Assembly: GCA_030668485.1 (NCBI GenBank)
Contig: DAOUTW010000006.1
Coordinates: forward strand, 6,717 to 70,716
Length of the DNA stretch: 64,000 nucleotides
Direction: 5' to 3'
Source: Candidatus Zixiibacteriota bacterium
GTDB taxonomy: Bacteria; Zixibacteria; MSB-5A5; GN15; JAAZOE01
In this document: piece after piece, positions 53,824-62,980 of the stretch
How positions within the stretch are numbered: the stretch's first letter is position 1
Layout of the letters: each line of letters begins with the position of its first letter
Made by a program: the position numbers and the translations under genes
The notes under the pieces: generated by a model
Seen by the model: the letters and a program-made list of their open reading frames with translations, nothing else
The model's database searches: none
What the model was told of the DNA's origin: nothing

Positions 53824-54175
53824 TTAAGCACATCCAGCGAAGATTGGATCGGTTGTCCGGTTCGGTCCTCGTTAATATAGATGATGCCGGGAGGCGCCGC
53901 GATCGTCTTCCGGCATCGCAGATGAAACATCCCTCAACAATGTCTATAGAGCAAAAGTTACCGCGGCACAATCGATAGCACAACCGATGGCTGTCGCATA
54001 AGAAATAGCCGCGAGTTAAAAATATCCGGACCCGCGGAGGCGTACGAAAGCTTCATTAATTGGAGATGCGGAGCTTTCGGTAACTTTGCCTCGAGGACCG
54101 GATGTCCATCGGCAGTTTTGTTTGGATCCTCCCACGGCTGTCGGTGGATAGCATTACCGCGCTTTCCGTTGCAAA

Positions 54176-54226
54176 GGCGGAGTTATGCGGCTCAGTACCA
54201 ACCGCATGGCTCCGCCGCCTTTTTTT
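54176..54226 (+). terminator. Strong plus-strand rho-independent terminator
   Basis: GGCGGAG..ATGCGG-loop-CCGCAT..CTCCGCC, followed by gcc and T7. It lies about 350 nt beyond the M14 stop codon. Confidence 0.6.
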
Positions 54227-54296
54227 AAAATAAAACCGGTTCACCAGCATGCGAGGCAATCCGGAACAATTGGTTTTGTTGAAAAGTTTTTAGGAA

Positions 54297-55418
54297 TTAA
54301 AACTGAAAATCGAGTGTCAGCGACATCGACATAGCTTCATAATCATAATATGGATGAGTTGAGTTATTATCGATATAGGAAATGTTGATCGTCGGCCTTA
54401 GTATTCGGCCGTTACCGATCACGATCGGACGCTGAAGCGACAGAGAGGTTTGCATCCGATCATCTTCACGCGTCTGCAGCGAATACGACTCGGTCTCCCC
54501 GGTATTATCCAATTCCAGGGCATCCATAAACCGGGCCTGCTGATACCGTACACCGGTATTGACAATAAAATTCGGAATTATAAAACTCTTCACCTCGGCC
54601 GAGATCGCCTGACCCTCCCAAAATGCTGTCCAGGGAGAAAGGTTATCGAGCGTGAGACCGTAGGTGACGACATTTTCGCTGCCGATAAACGACCGTGCAG
54701 CATATTCGACGGCGATTCCGGTATGACTGCCCAGAGGTCGTGAAAGCCGGACGCTGATATACGCCGTCTGTAAATCGTTTTCTATATCGGTATTGGAACT
54801 GGAGCTGGTATTTCTCCATCCCATGACGCTGGAACTGTCCAGGCTTTCAAAGCTGGTGAAATCGACACCGCCCTCGATATCAATTGTATTGGAACCCCAG
54901 AGTCCGCCATTGACACCCCCGAAGGCGCCAAAACCATGATTATCGCCGGTTACCGAATTATCGAAATCATTCGATGAAAAAGCTCCCCCCAGCTTCAGGT
55001 GGAGTTTCGGGGACAGACGGAAACGAGTTACCGCAGAAAAACTGCTTTGCATGGCGTCATAATCGCGGTATAAATCGCCATAACGCCGGACAGTACTTCC
55101 GGCCGACAGATAGAATGAGATAGGCCGATTATCCCCGGCGCTCACATAAGTGATCGTTCCGCCGGCGTTGACGGAACTCAGATCGGCTGCCTCGCTGAAA
55201 GCGGTATAGATACCGGAAAAACTAATTTCAATGGAAGACGATGGATAAAAGCTGACCCCCAGGTAGGGCGAAGTATAGGAATCGGTGACACCGGTAGAAT
55301 CATTAAACAGATTATCGGTATACCCGGTGCCGATTCCGAACTCGGTCGCCGTTTCCGCTCCGATTGCCGGCAAACTAATAAGAAAAACCAACCCCAGGAT
55401 GATCGCCGCTCTAATCAC
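54297..55418 (-). CDS. Outer-membrane beta-barrel protein, hypothetical
   Basis: GTG start with GGAGG RBS. Signal peptide MIRAAIILGLVFLISLPAIGA. Strand periodicity throughout, and a C-terminal beta-signal ...MSLTLDFQF. Confidence 0.7.
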   Translation of the reverse strand: MIRAAIILGLVFLISLPAIGAETATEFGIGTGYTDNLFNDSTGVTDSYTSPYLGVSFYPSSSIEISFSGIYTAFSEAADLSSVNAGGTITYVSAGDNRPISFYLSAGSTVRRYGDLYRDYDAMQSSFSAVTRFRLSPKLHLKLGGAFSSNDFDNSVTGDNHGFGAFGGVNGGLWGSNTIDIEGGVDFTSFESLDSSSVMGWRNTSSSSNTDIENDLQTAYISVRLSRPLGSHTGIAVEYAARSFIGSENVVTYGLTLDNLSPWTAFWEGQAISAEVKSFIIPNFIVNTGVRYQQARFMDALELDNTGETESYSLQTREDDRMQTSLSLQRPIVIGNGRILRPTINISYIDNNSTHPYYDYEAMSMSLTLDFQF

Positions 55419-55490
55419 TGTCTTCCTCCGATGAATAAATTAAGAGGCGGAAGGACAGAGAGGTACCCTTCCGCCCGCACAGGGGACAAC

Positions 55491-56042
55491 CTACTTGTTG
55501 CCGCCATTCTTTTTACCCTTAGGGCCGGTACCGTCGCAGGTGCCGGTACCCGTACCATTACCGTCCCCGGTACCATCGCCGGCGCCGGCTTGAACTTGCT
55601 GACGAACCTGGCTCATCGTCTGAGTGCGGGTAAAGGTCTGGGCCTTGTTCTGGAATTTCTGCTTGTCTTCACCCTTATTCTGGTTTTTGATGGCCTTCTT
55701 ATACTGATTGCCGGTGCCATCGCCTTCACCAAGTTTCTTGGGTTCGCCGGTTTTGCCCAACTGCTTGGCTTCACCCTTGTTCTTGGTCTGAGTGGCGGTA
55801 CCGTTCTGGTTTTTATGCTGATATCCGGTGCCGTCCTCGGGCTTGATCCAGTCCGGATCCTGACCGTTGGGGATACCGTCGCCATCATGATCGGGCGCGT
55901 TATCATTTATTCCGTCACCGTCGAGATCGACGAAATTGTTGCCATCGCCGTCACAGGTCTGAGCGGTGGCGGTTCCGGATAGCGCGAAGGTCAGGCCAAG
56001 GGCCAGGACCAGCGCCATAAGGGTTTTCATGATTTTGTTCAT
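55491..56042 (-). CDS. Secreted low-complexity G/T/K/Q/N-rich protein with an N-terminal Ca-binding-like DxDxDG segment
   Basis: Start moved to the ATG at 56042 (AAGGAG RBS, 7-nt spacing). Signal peptide MNKIMKTLMALVLALGLTFALSGTATA, then DLDGDGINDNAPDHDGDGIPNGQDPD, then low complexity. The antisense ORF 55431..55982 is rejected. Confidence 0.65.
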   Translation of the reverse strand: MNKIMKTLMALVLALGLTFALSGTATAQTCDGDGNNFVDLDGDGINDNAPDHDGDGIPNGQDPDWIKPEDGTGYQHKNQNGTATQTKNKGEAKQLGKTGEPKKLGEGDGTGNQYKKAIKNQNKGEDKQKFQNKAQTFTRTQTMSQVRQQVQAGAGDGTGDGNGTGTGTCDGTGPKGKKNGGNK

Positions 56043-56328
56043 CTTCACACTCCTTTGTTGTCGAATTGACTGAGGTTGTTTGTCATATTCATACACCGGT
56101 AGTTATCATTTTCCATGCCACAAATCAAACCTTCCCCAACTCATTAATGTGCAACAGATTACCTCGGCACCGGAACTCCCTGAAGAATTCTCATGTGTTC
56201 CGAGAGGTACAGTGTAGGTTTTGTTGTCCCATTTGGGACGGCAATTTTGACCCTCTATTAATGACTGAAGCATGGAATCGAGCTTACGTTCCAACCATTA
56301 TCTCATATACTATCATCAGGTGATTGCC

Positions 56329-56520
56329 AGAAAGTGGCCTTCGTCACCACGACAGCATAAAAGTGGCCCCTGCCACCGTAACAGCCTTAAACGGGCCCTG
56401 CCTATTTCTACCTGCCCTGGGTGCCTCGTCCAGTTTTTTTAGGCACTGTTGTCAGGTCAACCTCGCGACAGCCAAAAGCAGGCCCCTGCCTGGCTGTTTC
56501 ATTTTGGAAGGATTGATCAG
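56329..56520. repeat. Cluster of family-D repeats, including about three degenerate ~29-nt tandem units
   Basis: aaagtggccttcgtcaccacgacagcat / aaagtggcccctgccaccgtaacagcct / aaacgggccctgcc... 56346..56377 is the inverted counterpart of 9411..9443. 56461..56480 is the inverted counterpart of ttttggctgtcgcgagg. Confidence 0.6.
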
Positions 56521-56823
56521 GCCTTGAACAAACTATGGCTCGTTTCCCATAGGTTATTGATTTTCTCCCATATTTGCCCGATTTTTCTCCATTTTCGATT
56601 TTAGTCCCTTTTTGCCAACTGGCATGTTCTGTTATCCTGCAGCAACTTACGACCGCCAAACGCTAACCTGTAATTTGGCCAGCGCGGCATGAAGATTGAT
56701 CTATAATAGTACTGGATATTAGTACACGGGCGGGTTCTGTCATTTCTTGCACAGACTCCGATCTTTGATGGAAGCGGGAGGCGGGAATACCGCCGTTCCG
56801 AATTTTTCGCGAAAGGAGGCACC

Positions 56824-59800
56824 ATGAAAAACCAGGTTGTCATTATACTGGCGGGGTTGCTTCTGGTAACAACGACTGCCGGCGCAGCAAACTGGCATGT
56901 TTCCCTATCGGGGGATGATGGGTCCGGTGACGGTAGCGCCGCCAACCCTTTCGCATCTATTCAGTATGGTCTTGATGCCGCTGTCAGCGGCGATTCTGTC
57001 CTGATCGCGGGCGGGGTCTATACGGAAAATATTAATCCGGGCGGGAAAAACGTCGTCCTAATTTCAATTGAGGGCGCCGAAGCCACCTTCGTTGAATCTT
57101 CTGATGCCTCCATCCCGGTTATCAGTTTTGTTTCCGGCGAATCGGCCGGTTGTATCATCGAAGGTTTTACAATCATGAATTCATCGGGCGCTCCCGGTAT
57201 TCTCTGCGACGGTTCATCTCCAACAATCCGATACTGCATCATCCGCGACTGTTATAATAATGGCGATGGTGGAGGAATTGTTTGCACTAACGGATCGAAC
57301 GCCTCGATACTATCCAACGATATCTGGGATAATGTAGCCGATGGCGATGGCGGCGGCATTTATTGTAAATCGAGTAACCCGATTATAAATGGCAATGCTT
57401 TCGTCTCCAACTCGGCCCGCGACGGCGCCGGGATGTATGTTTTCGACAACGCCTATCCCGAAATTTTATATAACCTGTTTGTCTATAATTATTCCTCACG
57501 CAACGGCGGCGCGATTGCCAGCCTCCGTCAGAATACACGGTCACTGATTATCGACTACTGCACCATGTTTCAAAACCGGGCCGATGGTTCCGGTGGTGCG
57601 ATCTATTCTGAAATGTCGTACTTGATTGTCAGTACCTCGATTTTATGGCAGGATATCGCCTCAGTCACAGGATCGGAAATCGAATGGACTCCGGGAGCCC
57701 TGACAGTGGTTTCCAACAGCGATATTTCCGGTGGATGGCTCGGCGCCGGATCGGGTAATTCCGATGTCGATCCGATGTTCTGCGATATTGCCGGTGGAGA
57801 TTTTCATCTGCAGGAAAACTCACCCCTGGCCGCCTATCCGTTTGTCAACGGTAACCCGATCGGCGCTATGGAATCGGGATGTTTTGAATTCAGTTGCGAT
57901 GATGCCGATGGCGACGGCGTATGCGACGAGGACGATAATTGTCCGTTCACGATCAACCCCGGACAGGGGGATATAGATTTTGACGGTATCGGCGATTTGT
58001 GCGACAACTGTCCCTACATAGCCAACATTGATCAAGCTGATGCCGACGGCGATGGTTTTGGTGACTTATGCGACAACTGTCCCGATATCGCCAACACCGA
58101 TCAAGCGGATACCGACGGAGATGGCTTCGGCGACCTATGCGACAACTGCCCTGATATAATCAACGCCGATCAAGCTGATGCTGACGGTGATGGATTCGGC
58201 GACTTATGCGACAACTGTCCCGACATCGCCAACACCGATCAGGCTGATGCTGACGGTGATGATTTTGGTGACTTATGCGACAACTGCCCGACCGTTGCCA
58301 ATGCCGATCAGGCTGATGCCGACAGTGATGGCTTCGGTGATCTATGCGATAACTGCCCTGATATCGCCAATGCCGATCAGGCGGATGCCGACGGTGATGG
58401 TTTTGGTGATTTATGCGACAACTGTCCCGACATTGCTAACATTGATCAGGCTGATGCCGACGGTGATGGTTTTGGTGACCTATGCGATAACTGCCCTGAT
58501 ATCGCCAATGCCGATCAGGCTGATACCGACACCGATGGTTTTGGTGACTTATGCGATAACTGTCCCGACATCGCCAATGTCGATCAGGCTGATGCCGACG
58601 GTGATGGTTTTGGTGATTTATGCGACAACTGCCCCGACATCGCCAACACCGATCAGGCTGATGCCGACAGTGATGGCCTAGGAGACTTATGCGATAACTG
58701 CCCCGACATTGCTAACATTGATCAGGCTGATGCCGACGGAGATGGTTTCGGTGATTTATGCGACAACTGCCCCGACATCGCCAACACCGATCAAGCGGAC
58801 GCCGACGGCGATGGTTTTGGTGACTTATGCGATAACTGCCCCAACATCGCCAATGCCGATCAGGCTAATGCTGACGGTGATGGTGTCGGTAATTTATGCG
58901 ACAACTGTCCCGATATCGCCAACGCCGATCAGGTTGATGCCGACGGTGATGGATTCGGTGACCTATGCGACAACTGCCCGACCGTTGCCAATGCCGATCA
59001 GGCCGATGCCGACGGTGATGGTATCGGCGATGCCTGCAACCAGGTTACCGAAGGCTCAATCGCCGGTTATGTTCTGGTCGAAACGACAGGTCTCGCCGAT
59101 GTTTACCTCGACCTGATCGATGGTGAGGGAGTCAAGCTGACCTCGACCACCACCGATGCCGCCGGTCATTATCATTTTGACGAATTGAAGGCCGCCACAT
59201 ACAGCGTCAATGTTTGGCCCCCATTCGGATACGAGACCAACGAGGAAATCAAAACGGTTAATGCGATCGGTCCGATCGATAGCATAAATTTCCTTCTGAG
59301 TAAAATCGAGTCAAAGGGCAAATGGCGCGGCAAGGGATATTGGATGCATCAGGTGAGCTGTCACCTCTATGGCCGCGGCCATGCCCATGAATCATATGAG
59401 GAGATGTGTCACTATATGGAGCGGATCAGGATTTATTTTAACCAAAACTCCGAATTCCCAATTTACGCCTTCACCATTAACGACGACGACGACTGCAGTC
59501 AACGCCTGAGTGACCTTGAGAAAGTCTTGCGCATGAAGAAAATAACGATGCTCAGCCAGGCTCGTGCGCAATTTGCTGTCCTGCTGCTCAACCTGGCCTC
59601 CGGCAAAATTCCGCCGTGGGCCGATGTCAACGGCGACTACACCGATGACCCGGATGGTGCTCTCCGTTCAGGCGGCCCCGGTATAATCGTCGCGCAGGCG
59701 GTGGTCTGTTGCGATATACTGATCACCGACGGCAACGCTGATAATGATCCCATGGCGTATGATATCGCGCATAATATCAACGAGGGCGAACCGGTGGATT

Positions 59801-60159
59801 ACGAATGGATCGATCCCGAAACACCGGTGATCGACTTCCTGGGTGTCCTCGATGCCGACAATGACGACCCGGCCCTGCCGGGCAATTTCGAGTTGGGACA
59901 GAACCGCCCCAACCCATTCAACCCGACTACGGCCATATCATTCTATCTTCCGAATGAGGCTGAAATGTCAATAACTGTCTACAATATGCTCGGTCAGCCG
60001 GTGCGAACATTGGTTGATGAAAGCAAGCAGGCCGGATTATATGAGATCATTTGGGACGGCACCGACGATCGCGGCGAATCAGTCGCCAGCGGAATATATT
60101 ATTATCGACTGGTCGCGGATAATTTTACTGACTCGAAAAAGATGATGCTTCTCAAGTAA
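56824..60159 (+). CDS. Large secreted protein: right-handed beta-helix domain, about 16 thrombospondin-type-3 repeats, CarboxypepD_reg-like domain, helical domain and T9SS-type CTD
   Basis: GGAGG RBS and signal peptide MKNQVVIILAGLLLVTTTAGA. Beta-helix signature NPFASIQYGLDAAVSGDSVLIAGGVYTENI with GGGI(Y/V)C turns. Repeat array DADGDGFGDLCDNCPDIANxDQA. GSIAGYVLVETTG...AAGHYHFDELKAATYSVNV. CTD at 59887..60156. Confidence 0.9.
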   Translation: MKNQVVIILAGLLLVTTTAGAANWHVSLSGDDGSGDGSAANPFASIQYGLDAAVSGDSVLIAGGVYTENINPGGKNVVLISIEGAEATFVESSDASIPVISFVSGESAGCIIEGFTIMNSSGAPGILCDGSSPTIRYCIIRDCYNNGDGGGIVCTNGSNASILSNDIWDNVADGDGGGIYCKSSNPIINGNAFVSNSARDGAGMYVFDNAYPEILYNLFVYNYSSRNGGAIASLRQNTRSLIIDYCTMFQNRADGSGGAIYSEMSYLIVSTSILWQDIASVTGSEIEWTPGALTVVSNSDISGGWLGAGSGNSDVDPMFCDIAGGDFHLQENSPLAAYPFVNGNPIGAMESGCFEFSCDDADGDGVCDEDDNCPFTINPGQGDIDFDGIGDLCDNCPYIANIDQADADGDGFGDLCDNCPDIANTDQADTDGDGFGDLCDNCPDIINADQADADGDGFGDLCDNCPDIANTDQADADGDDFGDLCDNCPTVANADQADADSDGFGDLCDNCPDIANADQADADGDGFGDLCDNCPDIANIDQADADGDGFGDLCDNCPDIANADQADTDTDGFGDLCDNCPDIANVDQADADGDGFGDLCDNCPDIANTDQADADSDGLGDLCDNCPDIANIDQADADGDGFGDLCDNCPDIANTDQADADGDGFGDLCDNCPNIANADQANADGDGVGNLCDNCPDIANADQVDADGDGFGDLCDNCPTVANADQADADGDGIGDACNQVTEGSIAGYVLVETTGLADVYLDLIDGEGVKLTSTTTDAAGHYHFDELKAATYSVNVWPPFGYETNEEIKTVNAIGPIDSINFLLSKIESKGKWRGKGYWMHQVSCHLYGRGHAHESYEEMCHYMERIRIYFNQNSEFPIYAFTINDDDDCSQRLSDLEKVLRMKKITMLSQARAQFAVLLLNLASGKIPPWADVNGDYTDDPDGALRSGGPGIIVAQAVVCCDILITDGNADNDPMAYDIAHNINEGEPVDYEWIDPETPVIDFLGVLDADNDDPALPGNFELGQNRPNPFNPTTAISFYLPNEAEMSITVYNMLGQPVRTLVDESKQAGLYEIIWDGTDDRGESVASGIYYYRLVADNFTDSKKMMLLK
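57895..59040 (+). repeat. In-frame 69-bp (23-aa) tandem repeat array, about 16 units, near-identical at DNA level
   Basis: Units read D(A/T)D(G/S)DGFGDLCDNCP(D/T)(I/V)AN(A/T/I/V)DQA. Periodicity is strictly 69 bp from about 57970 to 59040. Confidence 0.9.
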
Positions 60160-60176
60160 CCTCCCATGCACCAAAC

Positions 60177-60211
60177 AAGGGACGAGCCAATTAATGACCC
60201 GTCCCTTTTTT
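60177..60211. terminator. Hairpin terminator between convergent genes
   Basis: AAGGGACG-loop-CGTCCCTT, followed by TTTT on the plus strand. Confidence 0.55.
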
Positions 60212-60260
60212 ATGTAAATCAGTTTTTTGATTTCGTAGAATTTTGATTTCGCAGAAATTA

Positions 60261-61460
60261 CTACTCGTACCGCAGCGCTTCGATGACATCGATCTTGGCC
60301 GCCCGGAAGGCCGGATACAATCCGGCGACGATACCGATACCGCTGCAGATTGTGATACTGTAAAAAATCCAGACCCACGGCAGGATCAATTCCGTCCCGA
60401 CAACTAACTGATTGAAGGCCGTTCCGCCAAGAACCCCCAATGCTCCGCCGGCGACACCGAGCACCATCGACTCGATAATAAACTGGATGATAATCATCGT
60501 CCGGCTGGCTCCTACAGCCCGGCGGATGCCGATTTCCCTCGTGCGCTCGGTTACCGATACCAGCATCACATTGGCGATACCGATCCCCCCGACAACCAGC
60601 GAAATCAGGGCAATGATAATGATAAAATTGGCCAGCTCGGTGTTGGTTTCCTGAATCGTTGACAAATAAAAATCCTGCCGCCGCACCCGGAAATCATTCT
60701 CGGCATCCGGTTGCAGGCGGTGATTGCGCCTCAGGATATTTTCGATATCAAACAGCGCCTCATCATAATCATCCGATGAGGCCAATTGAGCCAGGATCTG
60801 ACTCAGATGATCGCGCCCGAATAATCTCTCCTGAGCCGTCGTCAACGGAATAAATATCTGATCGTCGGGACTCGACCAGCTTTCCCCCACCGTTTCCAGC
60901 AAACCGATCACTTCGAACCGTTTCGAATTTACCTGAATCGCCTGCCCTATCGGCGACCCATCGCCAAACAATTCCTGATTAACATTGGACCCCAGAATAC
61001 ATACCCTTGAACGGGCGACCACTTCCTCTTCGGCAAAATAATTCCCCAGAGCAAATTTTAGATTATTGACCGCTGCATACGATGGTGTCGTCCCGGTCAC
61101 TCGGGCGTTTTGATTCTTGTCCTGGAATTCCAGCATGCTGTTGCCGGAGAAAACCGGCACCGTGATCTCAATTACCTTTGATGAGGCCGATATTTCCCGG
61201 GCATCGTCCCAGGTCAGATTGACGACACCTGCGGATGTGCGCACCCCATGCCTATGGGCATGCGCCGGACGGATTATCAACACATTAGAACCCAGCGATT
61301 CCAGTCTCTCATTGATCCGTTTTTTGGTAATTTCGCCGAGAACGACGACATACAGAACCGCCGCGATTCCGACCGCGATCCCGACCAAAGTCAAAATCGA
61401 GCGTAATGGGTTGGCCCTCAGGCTCTGCAGTCCCAATGATAAATTTTCCAATAATACCAT
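60261..61460 (-). CDS. ABC transporter permease, MacB/FtsX family (MacB periplasmic core domain plus FtsX TM domain)
   Basis: N-terminus LGLQSLRANPLRSILTLVGIAVGIAAV. A ~220-aa periplasmic domain is followed by three C-terminal TM helices with ERTREIGIRRAVGASR. Confidence 0.88.
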   Translation of the reverse strand: MVLLENLSLGLQSLRANPLRSILTLVGIAVGIAAVLYVVVLGEITKKRINERLESLGSNVLIIRPAHAHRHGVRTSAGVVNLTWDDAREISASSKVIEITVPVFSGNSMLEFQDKNQNARVTGTTPSYAAVNNLKFALGNYFAEEEVVARSRVCILGSNVNQELFGDGSPIGQAIQVNSKRFEVIGLLETVGESWSSPDDQIFIPLTTAQERLFGRDHLSQILAQLASSDDYDEALFDIENILRRNHRLQPDAENDFRVRRQDFYLSTIQETNTELANFIIIIALISLVVGGIGIANVMLVSVTERTREIGIRRAVGASRTMIIIQFIIESMVLGVAGGALGVLGGTAFNQLVVGTELILPWVWIFYSITICSGIGIVAGLYPAFRAAKIDVIEALRYE

Positions 61461-61481
61461 AACAATTCCGCCGCCGGGAGT

Positions 61482-62669
61482 TTATTTGCCTTTCGCCTTG
61501 GTTGTATTACTGCTGGTTCCAAAACTGCGGCTGCTTTTTATCCGCTGTTCCATCCGGTCGTTTTCCGCCTTTAGCCGCGACATCATCGGCACGCCCAGGA
61601 GATCACCTTCCTCGAGGCCGGAGAGGATGACCGTCTCCCTGAAATTGGACAACCCGACTTCAACCTTACGAGGTACGAATATTTCACCTTCCTTGACCAA
61701 TACCTTTCGCATATTCGGATTTTTATTTCCGCCTTTTTTCGGCATCTCCAATGCCATGCTCGGGGCCAGAAGAACATTCTCCTCGCGGACGATAGTTATT
61801 TCCACCGTGGCGTTCATGCCTGATTTCAGTTTCCCTTCCGGGTTTTCCACTTCGATAATCACATCGAATAAAGTCACATTCTGCTCAATCCGGGCCTCCG
61901 GTGCGATACGGATGATCTCACCTGAAAACGCCATGAGCGGAAACGCCTCCGCCTTCACAGCCGCGTTTTGCCCCATTCGAATCTTACCAACATCGATTTC
62001 GTCGATACCGGCTTCGACATAAATATATCTCATATCGGCGATATCGGCAATCGGCGTTCCGCCGCCGACATTGCTGATCCCCGAGGCGATAATCTGCCCG
62101 ACCTCGACATATTTCTGCAGAATGATGCCGTCGAGTGGCGCCCGGACGATCGTTTCGCTGAGCCGAATCTCATTACGATCAAGGGCGGTGCGGGCGCGAA
62201 TCACTTTCCCTTTAGCCTGAGCAACATTCAGGTTGGATAGATCCCGTTCCTCTTCGGAAATCAGGCCCTTTTCAAAAAGTTGTTGACGGCGGCTAAATGT
62301 ATTTTCGGCCTGCTTCAGTTCCGCTTCGGCGATATCGAGATCGGCTAGAGCCTGATCGAAATCGGCCTGAACGTCGGTTTTGTCCAAACGGCAGACGAGA
62401 GCCCCCTTGGTGACAAAATCGCCTTCTTCGAACGGCAATTCTTCGATCCGGCCGCTGGCTTTCGATTTAATTTCAATTCGATCAATCGGCCCGACCACGC
62501 CTCCTGCCGAAACCATAGTTTCGAAGACGCCTTGCCTGACCTCGAATTCCTTATAGCGAGGACCTTCCCCCGATGTTTCTGTGGACCGGCCGTTGGTGTA
62601 GAAATAAACACTGGCCGCAACCGCGATGATCACGATAAACCCGATGACATACCATTTGGAAAGTTTCAT
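61482..62669 (-). CDS. Efflux periplasmic adaptor (membrane fusion protein, HlyD/MacA family)
   Basis: N-terminal anchor helix, biotinyl-lipoyl-like GRIEELPFEEGDFVTKGALVCRLD, a coiled-coil hairpin, and beta-barrel domains. Confidence 0.88.
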   Translation of the reverse strand: MKLSKWYVIGFIVIIAVAASVYFYTNGRSTETSGEGPRYKEFEVRQGVFETMVSAGGVVGPIDRIEIKSKASGRIEELPFEEGDFVTKGALVCRLDKTDVQADFDQALADLDIAEAELKQAENTFSRRQQLFEKGLISEEERDLSNLNVAQAKGKVIRARTALDRNEIRLSETIVRAPLDGIILQKYVEVGQIIASGISNVGGGTPIADIADMRYIYVEAGIDEIDVGKIRMGQNAAVKAEAFPLMAFSGEIIRIAPEARIEQNVTLFDVIIEVENPEGKLKSGMNATVEITIVREENVLLAPSMALEMPKKGGNKNPNMRKVLVKEGEIFVPRKVEVGLSNFRETVILSGLEEGDLLGVPMMSRLKAENDRMEQRIKSSRSFGTSSNTTKAKGK

Positions 62670-62980
62670 ATTATCCCATTTTTATCTTTGTACTAATCTT
62701 AATCCTGCCAGGAATATACCCAAATCCCGGCCTATACACAAGCACCGAGCCGCACCCCGGCGTCCTTCTATCGTTTTATTTTAGACAAGTGAGTTTGAAA
62801 AAAGTCTAATCTGGCCATCGCTTCAATATCTTTTGGGGAATAAAAAATATCAGGCGGTAGTCCCGGGATTATCTTTCTGCAAATGATATGCTTTCATTAA
62901 CCCATTCCAGGTCATCCTCGCGATCGCCCAAATGTCGCTTCTGCGACTTGGTGCCGCACCGCTTGCGGTGCGAATTCTTA

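Noticed and set aside
53824-54230. Region checked for RNase P RNA, tmRNA, SRP RNA or 6S RNA
   Set aside because: None of the signatures I know is present (GAGGAAAGUCCGGGC, a tmRNA tag ORF with a CCA end, the GGAAGCAGCC SRP helix-8 motif). It is kept only as an unclassified candidate in the findings.
55431-55982. 183-aa plus-strand ORF rich in G/A/L/V
   Set aside because: It is the antisense shadow of the low-complexity secreted protein gene. It has no RBS, and the minus-strand frame has both an RBS and a signal peptide.
57895-59040. Strictly periodic 69-bp repeat array that a repeat finder could flag as CRISPR-like
   Set aside because: There are no unique spacers. The whole array is in frame inside a long ORF and encodes canonical thrombospondin-type-3 Ca-binding repeats. 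The alternative-frame ORFs (58178..58681, 58709..59116) are frame shadows of the same repeat.
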